From the human T2T-CHM13v2.0 reference genome, Homo sapiens, in NCBI RefSeq assembly GCF_009914755.1, contig NC_060945.1: a DNA stretch of 64,000 nucleotides. One strand, given 5' to 3'. This document shows positions 28,493 through 42,256 of the stretch, in pieces; the stretch's first letter is position 1, and every line of letters begins with the position of its first letter. The notes under the pieces were generated by a model that saw nothing but the letters and a program-made list of their open reading frames with translations, did not search any database and was not told where the DNA came from. Position numbers and translations under genes: made by a program.

Positions 28493-31013
28493 AATTGGAA
28501 CACCACTGATCAAAACAGAAATAGTCTCCACTTCGATAAATCATCATCTGATATAAAAGCTGTGTTTAATAGAAGAGAAAGAGCTTTTTTCCCCTAATCA
28601 GTTCACATAGCATGGACAAATGCTCGCCTCTGTCCCTGTTCCTCTTTCTAGAAATGCGAGCACAGAGAAGCTGGTTCCAGAAATAAGGAGACGGGAGCAG
28701 AAGGGGCTTGGTCACAGCAGAGTCCCCCAATGCCACATCCTCTTGAGTTCTGAGCCTGAATTCATCAAAGATCAACTTGTCATCAACGATCACCATGAAC
28801 ACCGCTGGTGTAGAGGCTCCCGCAGCTGCTGCAGACCTGTGGCCCACGGGGGAGCCACTCCCCAACACCCTTACATCTGCTGGGACCCCGCAGTTTCCAC
28901 ACCCCAGGGCCATGACTGCAAGAGGAGGGACCTTTCCTTAGGAGGAGCCTTTTGAGGAGCGGACGTGGCCCCGGGGCAGGGTCTTCTCCCACTCTGAGGG
29001 AGAGTTTGAAGATGTCTGCTCTACAGGGCCCCTGAATGCCTCAGGTCACCTGCACCTCAGTAAATAGTAGCTCCAGTCACCCACCATGCATTTCCAACCA
29101 AACCAGCAGCAGGCCTGCCTGGCTCTGGAACTAGGCTCTGTCCTGCCCCATCTCCCCTTCTGCCTCCGAGTTCTGTGGAGTGGAATCATGCAGGGCCTGG
29201 ATTCCAGTGATGCCAGCTCCATTCCCCACACACAGCCAAAAGATGCAGACTCTGCCCCGCCACTGCTCAAAGCCCCTCAGTGGCATCCACAAGGCAGTCA
29301 GAAGAAAATCTCTGCCTGGTGCATGGCCCCTGCTGCCCCACCTCCATGGCCACACTGGCCTGTCCCATCCTGGGCTCATCCCACCCCAGGGCCTTTGCAT
29401 TTGCCACCATCTGCCTGGTGGGGGCAGGCACCACCGCACCCACCTCCACCAGAGGCTCCCTCACAGCACTGGTCTCCACTGTGGCCCCTCCTCAGACAGC
29501 CCCTTCTAGTCCCAGCCCCCAAGTGCCCCATCCCCTGCCCGCCACCTGCCTGCCCTCCTTCCTTTCTTCATGCTCTTCCCATCGTCTTACCTGAGAGTTT
29601 TATGATTTTCTGTCTACACCACCTCCACTCCCCTGCCCAGAACATTAGGTCCACCAGGTGCAGCCCTCTCTCCATTCACTACAGCGTGGGGGCACATAAC
29701 AGGTGTTCAGTAAACATTGGTGGAAAGAATGCATGAATGGCCGAATGAATGAATATCTGCCCACACCAGCACTGTGAGGGGAGCTGAGCAGGGCCATCCA
29801 CACTTTGCAAATGAGGAACGGAGTCTGAAAAATCATTTAAGTCACCGCTCACCATCCCAACCTCTTGAGCGCACGGGTGGAAGACACAGTTGCCTTAAAT
29901 CTCCCTTCAATCTGCAAAATGGCAGGACTGTTCTTTCCTGGCCTTCTGTACAGATAATGACATCGAAAATGATATGAGAGCCACATCCTAAGTGAAAAGA
30001 GTTCTTTGTCAAATATAATTATTCTAAGACAAGCTAGCAGCCTTCCAACTACAGTTGATTTTTAAATTTATTTATTTGTCTTCTGGAGAAATAACCATCC
30101 CGCCTGCTTCCAAAATGGAACATTTAGCTTGTTCTTTGCTGGCTACTTTGCGGCAAAAAGTATGAATCACAGATAGAAGAAAAACAAACTATAAAAAAAA
30201 TGGTGTTTTTGCTCTTGAAAGTCTAAATTATAGAGCTACTATTTCTTAATCGTTCACCGTGAGGCAGCGATGTCAGGAAATCTGGGGAAGGAGTGAAGCA
30301 GTGAAAACGTGGAACACGTGAAAATGTCCGAGCTTGAAACAAAATACGGTAGTGGTGTGTGCACCGGGGTGGGATCACCACCCTTATCGAGTGTTGACAT
30401 CATTGCATTCTCCAAGGAGAACTGTCACTGCTACCTTTTAAGGTACATCACAAAGCCAGTGGCTCCTTCACATGTCACCACCCTTCAGGAACCAAGCTAG
30501 GTTCTCCAAATTCACTTGAGTCTGGCTTAAGCCAATGTGGTTTTTTTAAAACGAGTGTTGGTAGCTTTAAATACACACACAGGTCCACGTGTCTCTGATC
30601 ACACACTTGTTTCTACCGTTTTAAACTCCCTTTGGGGACTTGGGGGTGAGGGGCAATTTCTGAGCATTTGTGGGGGAAAAAACCATCCACTACATTAGGG
30701 GGTTAAGAAAGGTAAATGGGTGATAACTCTAACCACCAGATAGGAGTGTTTATTTCCATGAGTTTTCATTTCTATTTTCTCAAGGCTAACCCCTGCGTGA
30801 ACACCTCCCCTCTAGCAGGACGCTGCGCGTGGCCCCCGTCCCCACCTGTCCACGCGAGGCGGGCCTCACCTGAGCGGCCGGGCACGCCCCGTCCCCGAAC
30901 GGCCACCCACCCCGGGTAGGCACGCGTCACCTGTCCATCCACCTCGCTACCTTCTCTCTGCCACCAAAAGGCTTACGAAAATAAGGCGCAGGGGGTCTGG
31001 GAGACCCCATCAC

Positions 31014-31180
31014 CAGGACTCAGCTTCTCTAAACGCGGGGTTGGGGGTCCAGGGACCCCCCCGTGCGACCCGCATGGGCTGTACCCGAGGGCGGGGGATA
31101 ACGACATCCCCTGGGGCCTCGGCGACGACGCCGCCCGGCGGCGGGGGCCGCGGGGCCGCGGGCCGGGGGCGGCGAAGACC
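31014..31180 (-). CDS. PRDM15: PRDM15 long-isoform model exon (...GGVVAEAPGD...EAESW); out of frame in this sequence
   Basis: cag|GG...TG|gtgatg. 167 nt, whereas 166 nt is needed to keep frame. Confidence 0.3.
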
Positions 31181-31315
31181 CTGCGCCGCGCCCACGGGCG
31201 AGCGCGGCCCGGCAGCCCCGCGGCCCCGCGCTGGGCCTGGCCGCGGGCGGGCGGGGGGCGCGAGGCAGGGGACGGGGGCGCGGAGCCCGGCCAGGAGCGC
31301 CCGCGGCGGCGGGAC

Positions 31316-31460
31316 CCGGCGGGCGGGCGGCGCGCAGGGCGATCCCGGAGCGGCTCCGGGAAATCCAGCCGGGTTTTGACTCCGATCGCCAACGGTGCCC
31401 GCAGCCGGCGAATGTAACAAAGAACAGTCGGCATGGCGGCTGGACCGGGGCGGCGCGCGG
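31316..31460 (-). CDS. PRDM15: PRDM15 long-isoform model exon (PRAAPVQPPC...RAARPP)
   Basis: Peptide matches the recalled long N-terminus. Weak donor (GTCCCG); lies inside the CpG island. Confidence 0.3.
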
Positions 31461-31589
31461 CTGCCGGGCGCGGGGGGCGGGGGGCAGCGGGCCCAGGGCG
31501 CGCCGGGGCTCGCGGGGGCAGCGGGTGCGGCCCGGGGCCGGCGGGGCGCACGCCGGGGCGGGCGCCGGGCGCAGGGCCCGGAGCTTTAC

Positions 31590-31691
31590 CTGCCTTTGGA
31601 ATGTGCAGAGCGGGATCGGATCCGGACTCCGGGTTGCGATCCGCTCCGGAAACTGCGCAGCACCGGAAGCCGGGGGGCGGCGGCGGGGCAT
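31590..31691 (-). CDS. PRDM15: PRDM15 exon 1 (ATG-led 34 codons MPRRRPPASG...CTFQRQ; may be largely 5'UTR)
   Basis: ATG at 31691, donor CAG|GTAAAG at 31590/31589, phase 0. In frame with exon 2 (VSE-MAEDG). Matches the recalled PRDM15 N-terminus. Confidence 0.7.
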
Positions 31692-31708
31692 GGCGGGACT
31701 TGTAGTCC
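31685..31708 (-). promoter_or_regulatory. ZNF143/THAP11-type ACTACA-TCCC promoter motif
   Basis: Minus strand reads GGACTACAAGTCCCGCCATGCCCC. ETS core CCGGAAG at 31663-31669. Confidence 0.75.
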
Positions 31709-32299
31709 GCGGGCGGGCGCGGGGGGCGCAGGCGAGACCCTGGCGCGGCCGGGGGTCCTGCGGGTGGGACTGCGGGGCGCGGGCGGCGTGGACGAGGCAG
31801 CGGGCGCGCGCGGGGCGGGTCTGGCCGGAGGGAATTCCGCGCGCGGCCCCCCTCCCACGTGGCACGGCCCTGCCGCCCACGCGCGCGGGCAGCTCCCTCT
31901 CCACCTCTCCTCGGACGCGTTTCTTGCGGAGTTGGGGAGTGGTGGCGGTGGGTGGGTCGAGTTTTTCTCTAGAACAGGCCTGGGACTTGCCCCCACTCAC
32001 GGTGACCTCTGGATTTGGCCGGCGGGGCCCTGGGACACGAGCTCTGTGCCCGCGAGGGGAGTCTGGCCTGGCGGGCTCCGCCACGCTACCGGTGAGCACC
32101 GGGCCAGCCGCGGACCTGGCTCTCCATTCTTCCCCGGGGGCCTGTGTGGCCTCTCTTGACCCCCTCCACCAAGTGTGTGTGCCATCACAAAACGTGAGAC
32201 GGAGAAGGGACAGACTTTTCACCTTAGTCCTGGCCGCCCATATTCAGAGAGGCCGACTGTCTTGTTCATTGCTGCCTGGCAAAAACCTACATTCATAAA

Positions 32300-32960
32300 G
32301 AGAAGTGATGAACCGGGGAAAATGATTTTAAATTGATGCCACAAAAGGGCTCGTTTCCCTCATGTACGTGAAACTCTTGTGAACCAATAAAAATATATAT
32401 GTATATAGAAAAATGAGCAAAGTGTGTGGATGGACAGTTCGTAGGAAATTCAATGGTTCTTAAGCATATGAGAAGCTATTCAACTACGCTGCAATAAGAG
32501 AAAAAAAGTCGCAGTGGGATCATTTTTATTAGATTAGCAAAGATTTTTTAAAACGTTTAATACAGCCTGGGCAACATAGCCAGACCTTGTCTCTAAAAAA
32601 CTTAGCTGGGCTCGGTGGCACGTGCCCGTAGTCTCAGCTACTCAGGAGGCTGAGGCAGGAGGGTCACTTGAGTCCCACAGTTTGAGGCTGCAGTGAGCTG
32701 TGATCGTGTCACTGCACTCCAGCCTGGGCAACAGAGTGAGACCCTGTCTCAAACAAAAACAAACAAAAAAAAGTTTTAATAGCATAATTTTGAAGAAACT
32801 AGAGAAACAAGCTCCTTTACGGGTAGGAGAATAAATTAGCGTAGTTTCCATTCAGATATTTGTGGATATCCATAAAAATTCTAAATGCACATAGCCTTTG
32901 ACCCACATGCAGGAATGGTGCCAGAGACGGACTCGCTTGTATGAATATGTGATCATCACA
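32300..32960 (+). mobile_element. Old L1ME fragment with a truncated Alu (32565-32771)
   Basis: Diverged L1 3' ORF2 motifs; Alu fragment with A tail. Confidence 0.6.
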
Positions 32961-34526
32961 TTTGCTTACATACTACGTGCCATCCCATGGGAAGTGTTGG
33001 ATGCACCTGGGCACATCCATAGGCTGCAACGCCGGGCAGCCGGAGACAGATTAGGCAAGTGTTGATCTGTGAAGGCTGGTTTCTCTGCCTGGCCCAGCAT
33101 TCTACAGTGGCTTCCATGTTGCACTATAGTAGGCCATCCCATGGCCCCCCAGACCTTTCTGGAGCATCCCCGGCGTCCACTGTCTCCCTGCTTGTCCCCA
33201 CCTGCGACTTCATGCCTCCCTCCAGCCTCCTGTCCCTGAAGCCTGTTCCCAAGGCCTTCTGTACTCTATCTTCAAACACTTCCCAGGTTTTCCACAACCT
33301 TCTCTGTATTCAGGTCTCCGCCCAACCCCACTCCCACCACCACCACTACAGCTAATGGACATTCCCTCTATACACGCACCTCCAGTGACATCACTCACAG
33401 TTCCAAAATGGCCAGATGACTGGTTCTGTGGGCCTCAGGACATGAAACAGTCCTCGGCATATGTGAATAAAAGGTTGTTTACACTAAAAAAGTGACAGGT
33501 CCACAGCAAGTGCGAATAACTGAAAGTAAACCAAAGACTTCAACCTCCCCCAGGCCATTTCTCCTATTACTACATACAGCCCACGGCTGGAATTCACTTA
33601 CACAATAATCGTCATATCTCGTCTTCAAGAGGATTGTCAATGTGTCCACTATAATCCTTCAGAACAATCTAGAAATAATACCTCTTAAGGCAGATTCATC
33701 TCCAAAATGTTAAAAGAAAAAAAAAAGTTTTATCTTAAAGTGTCAAATTTTCATTATTAACAATTAATGCAATATACAACTTTGAAAAATGGGCAGAAAG
33801 AAAGAAAAAACAACTATAAAGGTTGTTATTGAGGAAAATGGAAAATCTGAACGTGAACAGTGATACCGGATAATAGTATTGGATCAATGTTAAATTTCCC
33901 AAGGGTGATCATTGTATTGAAAGTATGGTAGCCCGTGCCATTCATTGTTCTCACCAAATTGTTCTGAAGGATTTAGGGTGAAATATTGTGATATCTGCAA
34001 ACGTGACAGAGACCGAGAGAGAGCAGATGTGGCAAAACTGGTGAATCTAGGTGAAGGCTATATGGGTTGTTCCGTAGGTTTGAAATTAAAAATAAATGAG
34101 TTGAAAATTTAAAAAACAACAGACAAGAGCTTCCATGGCTATCAGTGAATTTCCTTGTGAACACTTAATTCTTCCTGAAAGATACTAGATGGGATTAAGA
34201 TGTAATTAATCACTGAGGGCTATGCCCGCAGCCCTGTGGACCGCCCGCCCGCCCGCCTTAGATCAGTACTTTTCCAATTAGCACGTCTCCTGGGCTCTGG
34301 TTTTGTTATAATTCAAATACAAACCTACTGCTGTGCAAAGCATGATAGACATCCTCAACCACCTCTCCAGCCACCTCCAGCTTTTAAGAAAAAAAAAATT
34401 GGCTAATTTTTCTCATAAAGAGGGAAGTCTGATCATCAGCGAATAAGTTAATTCCTACTAAATATGAAACATTGACTCTCACTTCATGTTATTCTCACCC
34501 AAAACAGGCAGCATTAAAGTTCAAAA

Positions 34527-34615
34527 AAGACCATATATCCTTGAAGAGTAACTGCTGAACTTATTCACTGGCAGTGGGCCTTATAGCACAGTGAATGACC
34601 AGGTTAGAGACATGC
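34527..34615 (+). pseudogene. 5'-truncated SNORA3 (ACA3)-family H/ACA snoRNA retrocopy
   Basis: TCCTTGAAGAGTAACTGCTGAACTTATTCACTGGCAGTGGGCCTTATAGCACAGTGAATGACCAGGTTAGAGACATGC matches the recalled 3' half of SNORA3. H box AGAGTA at 34545-34550, ACA at 34610-34612. Confidence 0.8.
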
Positions 34616-34860
34616 TTCACATTTGCTTACATACCCACAAATTAGGGGATGATGTATCTGGACTGTCTAGTAGAACTTTATCATAGGAGTATGTAGATTT
34701 TCCATGGAGTGCTGTTGTGTGACTTGAATTTTAGTCTTGGCCCTGCCTCTGACTTCCTCAGTGATTTATCCTGGTTCCAGGGAAGGAGACCAGCCTTTTC
34801 CTCATGCTAGTCTTTGGTGGTTTTTAAACATTTGTTTAACTCAACAAATGAAATGTATCA

Positions 34861-35220
<360 letters not shown>

Positions 35221-35299
35221 CATATAGGACCATAGTCCTTAATCTCTCCAATCGACACAGGCAGAGCCAGAGACTCACGGCTGTGAGCAGAGGTTCTCC

Positions 35300-35831
<532 letters not shown>

Positions 35832-37404
35832 TAAAAGCTATGCTTGCTACCGAGCTAGACTATAAATTAATACATCCCCTGGGCTTAGTCCAGTGCTTCA
35901 CCTGGTACAGCAATGATGATCACCAGCTGATAACCCTTCTATTAAGGTGCCCAACGTACCTGCACGTCCAACTTTATAAATATCGATGACATTAATATAG
36001 ACCTATAAATACATAGGCAACTAGTTTTGAATGCCTGTTACAGCAGGGCGTGACTCGCAGTTTCCACTGTGGACAGTCACAGTGTGGAGCTGGGGAAGGC
36101 CAGTGGAGGAAAGCTGTTTCTAGGTCATGATTGGGAAGGAGGGCCTGGCCTTGGCAGCTTTCTCTCTAGGGGGATCACTGTGCTATGTCAGCCATCCTGG
36201 TGTCTAGCCCCCTTTGGTGAGTGATCTGCATTTTAAAAATAAACTTTATTGACATATACACACATCACCCTGTCTTTGTAGGGGTGCTAAGGTCAAAACA
36301 GCATGTGGTCATCCCCTCCAGTGTCCTGCTCAGTCCCCAGCACCAGGTCCTGGGTGATGGAGGGTGAGGTGGGTGGAAGCAAAGCTGCTGTCTGTGCTCA
36401 CGTAAGGGTCATCAGCTGACCTTTGTCCTTGCTCTGCTAGGTGGGCAGTGACTGTACGAAGCCCCGGGGGATACAGGAAATGAGAGCAATGCAGGACAGT
36501 GAAGCCTGAGAGCCGGAGGCCTGGACCGTGCCGCTGCAAGCACGCCAATTCCGCAGCCTGCAGAGAAGCTCCTTCGTGGGGAAGGCAGGGCTTGAGTTGG
36601 GTTAGACCATTCGAAGAGTGAGTGTGAACTGCTGGGCACGAGGATGCACACTCCAGAATGACCGAGGGTGGTTGAGTTGGATTAATTTGGGCAGTGGAGA
36701 CGCATTGGCAAACAGTGCTCATCTGGAGGTGATCAGCTTAGGAAAGTTGGTAAATTAGGACAAGCTTGGCCTCCAGCAACTCAATCCAGCCTCCTCCTGG
36801 AGCATCAGCACAAAGTGGGTCCCTCTGGCCACACAGAGGAAGCAACAGTTCAATCACTGGGTCCTGAACCACTTCTAACTCCAAACAAGAGGCACTGCCA
36901 TCACCACCTTGTGGTGCCCAGGAAATGGAGCAGAAAACCTGGAACCCAGCTGGGAAGCATCGGGCTCCCTCTAAGGGTCTACACGGTGTCTAGCGAGCGG
37001 GCGGGACAGCTGAGAGGAGGGGTGGGCAGTGTGGGGACAGGAGGCTGGGCCTGTCCAGTAGCTTTCTCCAGGACACCAGCTCTCCACGTGCTCTGCTGTC
37101 TGGGCACCGCAGGGGGAATGAAGACTGAGGGAGACCACGGGAACTGATGACTAGAAAGAAGGCACGATGCCTGCATGGGGCCCGCAGGACACGTCTGTGA
37201 CCCGACTCGACCGCCTCCCTCCCAGAACCACCGTGAGCCCCAGGCAAGTGCCGACGCTGTTCCACCTGTGGCTGAGCCAGGTACCTGTCCCCTCTGCATG
37301 CACCCGGGCCACCCACCGGGGTGGGGAATGGACAGTGAAGTCCAAGGATGACCTGATGAAAGGGGCGCTCAGAGAAGACCCTGGGACTTCCAGGACAGAA
37401 CAGG

Positions 37405-37450
37405 ACTCGGGAAAAACAACTCAGTGTAGTGTTCTGTGTGCACATTTATT
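37405..37450 (-). terminator. C2CD2 polyadenylation signal
   Basis: AATAAA on the minus strand at 37450-37445, followed by a GU/U-rich element (GAGTTGTTTTT). Confidence 0.75.
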
Positions 37451-39003
37451 TCTTTCAAAGATTGTTTGTGTTCCAGCCACATCTTCTCCAAAGGAACCCA
37501 CCCAAGCCCGTGTGCAGGCTTGCTGCAGGGCTGTCTTCGGCGTTTAAAGTGCTACTGAGGAATACAATCATTGTCACGTAAGTTCATCACCGCACTCCAG
37601 CGTCAGGCCAAACCTTTCCGTGGACCTGGAAAACCTGCCATTTTCTTCTCTTTTTACAATGCAGTTTCAACATAACATTGGTAGAGTAAACAACAAACCA
37701 CAAGCCTAAATGATGAATGGTGCGCTGCTGCCCAGCTGCTAACTGAGAGAACGAGGCAGTGTATTGTGTTTCGAATGCAAACGGTCATGGACCCAAGTTA
37801 ACCTGAGTTTGCTCTGCAGGATTCCGCGGGGGCCTTGCCCTGTGCAGGCTGCTTTGGTCTTCGTGTCTAGGCCGGTTTGGGGCAGTGGGGAGAGGGCCTG
37901 GCAGCAGGGTTTACGCCAGCCCCGAGGTCTGTTTTCCGTCAGACAGAGATACGTGTCCTGCCTTCCACCATCCACCAATTTGTACTCTGAAGTTTCCAGA
38001 TCAAGAGCCGTGAGATTACTACCCAGGAAACACCTGCCTTCGGTGGCCAGCAGTGTAAATTAATCTTTCCCTCTCTGCTCAAAGCAACTTTGCAACTCTC
38101 GTCTATAGAGGTGGCCAGTAAAACCCAAGCAAAAATCTAAACAGGCACCAGGTGGCCACTGAGTGGCGACTGGTCGAGTAGCAGTTGGTCATAAGGGATC
38201 AGGGCTGGTTTTGAACTCAGACTTGAAACTTGACGAAAATAAAGTGCTCTGTCAAAACTCTCACAGCAGGTTTTCAGCTGGAACAAGGAGATGGCTACTT
38301 TTTGTTATTGCTACAATAACACACGCGTGTGTGCAAACACACATAACACACACACACACTTAAAGCTCCATTTCACTCCTCCACAAAGAACAGAGGCACC
38401 TCCTTAAACAAAGCAAACGGGGAAGGGTTGCAAGCTCATTAAAACCAACATGAGCACCCAGTTCCAGAGATACAGACACAATTAATCTTAGTGTTCATGA
38501 GGAATTGTTTTTAAAACACAACTGGGCAAAACTTTCATCCAGACAAAAGCCAAAAACAAAAGCCCTCAAGCCACAAAAGCTTGTAGAAGAGGTGAGGCGA
38601 TAAAGGTGATTTACACATCAGTATTTTTAGCATTTGGTGGATAATCTTAATTTATCTTTAACCTTCACAACATTTACTTTGTCATAAATACCCTACACCA
38701 TGAAAAAACAAACCTGTATAAAACAGCTTGGAAAACAAACATTCACAGTATCAATACAGCCCATTTCTCACGGTGCTACCCTGAAGCTAGCCGACGTGTT
38801 GCCTTTGCCTTTGCTTCATAAACTCCCTCCCATGTTGGTGTTTTCTGTAACTTCAGAAAAGGCCATTGGATGGAGACAACGTGTGCGTGTCTACAGGAAG
38901 CAGAGCCCTAGACCTTGGTATTCAACAGTAAGCAGCGCTCATGGGATTCATCTGGAAATGGAATAGTTAAAACCTTTTTTTTTTTTGAGAGCAAGAAGGC
39001 TTA

Positions 39004-39294
<291 letters not shown>

Positions 39295-39756
39295 TTTTTT
39301 AAATAAAAAAAAACTTCTGATATCCTTGCACTTGAATAGAGTGCACCTGAATTCCAAAATCAAATAAAAAAGAACAATTAAAAACTTCTCATCAGTGTCT
39401 GAAATTCTGACACATAATATCCTCTTGGAATTCTTAAATATGTCTCAGCCTCTTTTTACCACATGGCAAAGAGCAGTAAAACTTCAAGTAAAACATTAAA
39501 GTGAACATCTGTCCCATCTGTCCCAAAAGACTAGCAGTGATGCCTGACTTTGGGGACAGAAACTTGGTAGTATTCACATGTTTTGAAACTCCAGGTGCTT
39601 TTTTTACAATGATTAAAACTGGAATATAATTTTTAAAAACAAAGCAGGTTGGAAAAGTCATTTTAAAGTCACTTGATAATTCCTGGAACACCTAAGAAGT
39701 TTGTAATGCGCATTTTAAAGTGAAATTCCTAATGTCGTTTTCTAATCTCTCTCTCT

Positions 39757-39999
39757 AAAAAAGAAGAAAAAAAAATCCTATAATTTTGGTTTTTATACAG
39801 GTTTTTACTAAAAAAGAAAAAAATCCTATAATTTTGGTTTTCATATAGGTTTTTACTAAAAAAGAAAAAATCCTATAATTTTGGTTTTTATATAGGTTTT
39901 TACTAAAAAAGAAAAAAATCCTATAATTTTGGTTTTGATACAGGTTTTTACTAAAAAAGAAAAAATCCTATAATTTTGGTTTTTATATAGGTTTTTACT
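39757..39999. repeat. 47-48-bp AT-rich tandem repeat, 5 copies, in C2CD2 3'UTR
   Basis: TCCTATAATTTTGG at 39776, 39824, 39871, 39919 and 39966. Confidence 0.95.
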
Positions 40000-41437
40000 C
40001 ACCAGTGGCTCTATTACCCCCGAAATATTTAATGTTTAAGGATTAACAAGAGGCTACGGAAGGAAGCTTGCCCATTTCCGTCTCCATGACAGAAGCCAAG
40101 CTTTCGTAACAGCCTTTTACATGTCTTTGGAGAAAAGTGAATCATATTAAACTGTCAAGAACACTTCACCCCAATGATGACTGCTCTTTGACCAGCATGT
40201 CTACTGGAAGTGGCACATTCAGAAGTGAGATCTGTGAATGAACTGAAATAGAAAGGCAACTGATGAGGAAAGCGACTGGAATGATATTAGGGATATTCAA
40301 ATGGTGTGCCAGGTTTGTGATGTTTTCCACCAAAACAAACCCAAACAAGGGCACCCCAACCTGTGTCCAAGAGGACTGTTCACAGCAAAATTCTGAAGCG
40401 CTCATAGAAGGAATGTCCTGCGAGTTTGGCCCATTTGTTATTAAACTTCCATTCCTAAGACTGACACCTGAGACACAAAATAATTTCCTCTATTGCCCTA
40501 AAAAGACTTTGTTTTGGCTACTGGCAGCACTTGGCAAAATCCATGTATGTGTTTGGTTACTGTGTTCTACGAGCGGTCACGTATGGCTCCTGACTTCATC
40601 TGACAGGCCCGCTGTGCTCTTGTTTAGCAAGTATGACAGGCAGGAAAAAAAACCCTGGATGTCAACTGCTCCACTAGCATTATTAGAGCTTTTAACACGA
40701 TAGAGAAAAATGTAAAAACCATGTGAGAATATATATATCTTCCACTTGCAAGTAGGCTCAAAGTAAACTTAGAAAAGTGTTCTGCATACTATGCATAGGA
40801 TATAGTTAGTGTTCAAGTTCTATGGCTAATATCAAAGGTAGATGACTTCCTACATCTGTCGTAGCGTCTCCATTCTTATCAAAATTTCTCTATTAATCCA
40901 AAATCCTGCCTATGTTCCACTTCCCTGTACTCAGGGCCAGCTGCATTTTTTATTCCAAGCAGCAGATGAAGAGAGGTGACCCATCCTTTCCATTCACAGT
41001 GACAGCACAGGGGGGCACCTCCTTTTTGTGACATGGTCCAGGCATGGACCCAAAACAACACTTGTTAGTGTAGAATAGGTAAACTAAGTCCCTCAAACCT
41101 GCCCTCCACAATCTATTAGAGCATATTATTTCACTTATAATGTTAATCTCCTTCTAATATTGAACCCTAACCCTTAGCTATGAGCACAGCCCAAGCTCTG
41201 CAGCTGTCAAGTCTCATTTAGCATCTGGTGGCAAGTTGGGCTTTTTTGTCCTCTCTGGGAGAAGCCTCCTGGCTGGAGACTCAGATTTTGTTTTCCCTTT
41301 AAATGACGAGATGGTTGGAAGAAACCCAGCAAGACAAGCGGGGCATCTGGACATCCGGCGGACACACTGGCTGCGTCCTGGTGAGGGTAGTTAACGTGGG
41401 TGCACGTCTTCTGGCTTGGAGGTGATGACCTCAGGCC

Positions 41438-41791
<354 letters not shown>

Positions 41792-41941
41792 TCACTACCT
41801 GCATGAGAAAAACAACTGGAATCTGGCTTGTACAAAACGAGAGTTTTCAAGATGAAAAGGAAACGAGATTATAACAGTAGAAGCAGTAAGCCTGAACTAT
41901 CGCTTGATATCCCTTTCTAAGGCCGATATTTATATTCCTGA

Positions 41942-42256
41942 ATTTTTTTTCTTTTTTTTTTTGAGACAGAGTCTTGCTGTCTGTCGCCCAGGCTGGACTG
42001 CAGTGGCGCGATCTTGGCTCACTGCAACCTCCACCTCCAGGTTCAAGCGATTCTCCTGCCTCAGCCTCCCAAATAGCTGGGATTACAGGTGTGTGCCACC
42101 ATGCCTAGCTAATTTTTTTGTATTTCTAGTAGAGACAGGGTTTCACCATGTTGGTCAGGCTGGTCTCGAACTCCTGACCTCAGGTGATCCACCCCTCCCT
42201 CAGCCTCCCAAAGTGCTGGGAGCTGGGATTACAGGCATGAGCCACCACACCTGGCT
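41942..42256 (-). mobile_element. Alu (S-type)
   Basis: Reverse dimeric Alu with ttatat(t/c)cctga flanks. Confidence 0.92.

Larger units (their letters stand above)
30790..32120. promoter_or_regulatory. CpG island / PRDM15 promoter
   Basis: Very GC- and CpG-dense with many GC boxes; overlaps exon 1. Confidence 0.93.

Noticed and set aside
30973-32298. Several long ORFs (190-397 aa) on both strands
   Set aside because: They reflect stop-codon depletion in a GC-rich CpG island and give low-complexity R/G/A/P products; only the exon segments match PRDM15.
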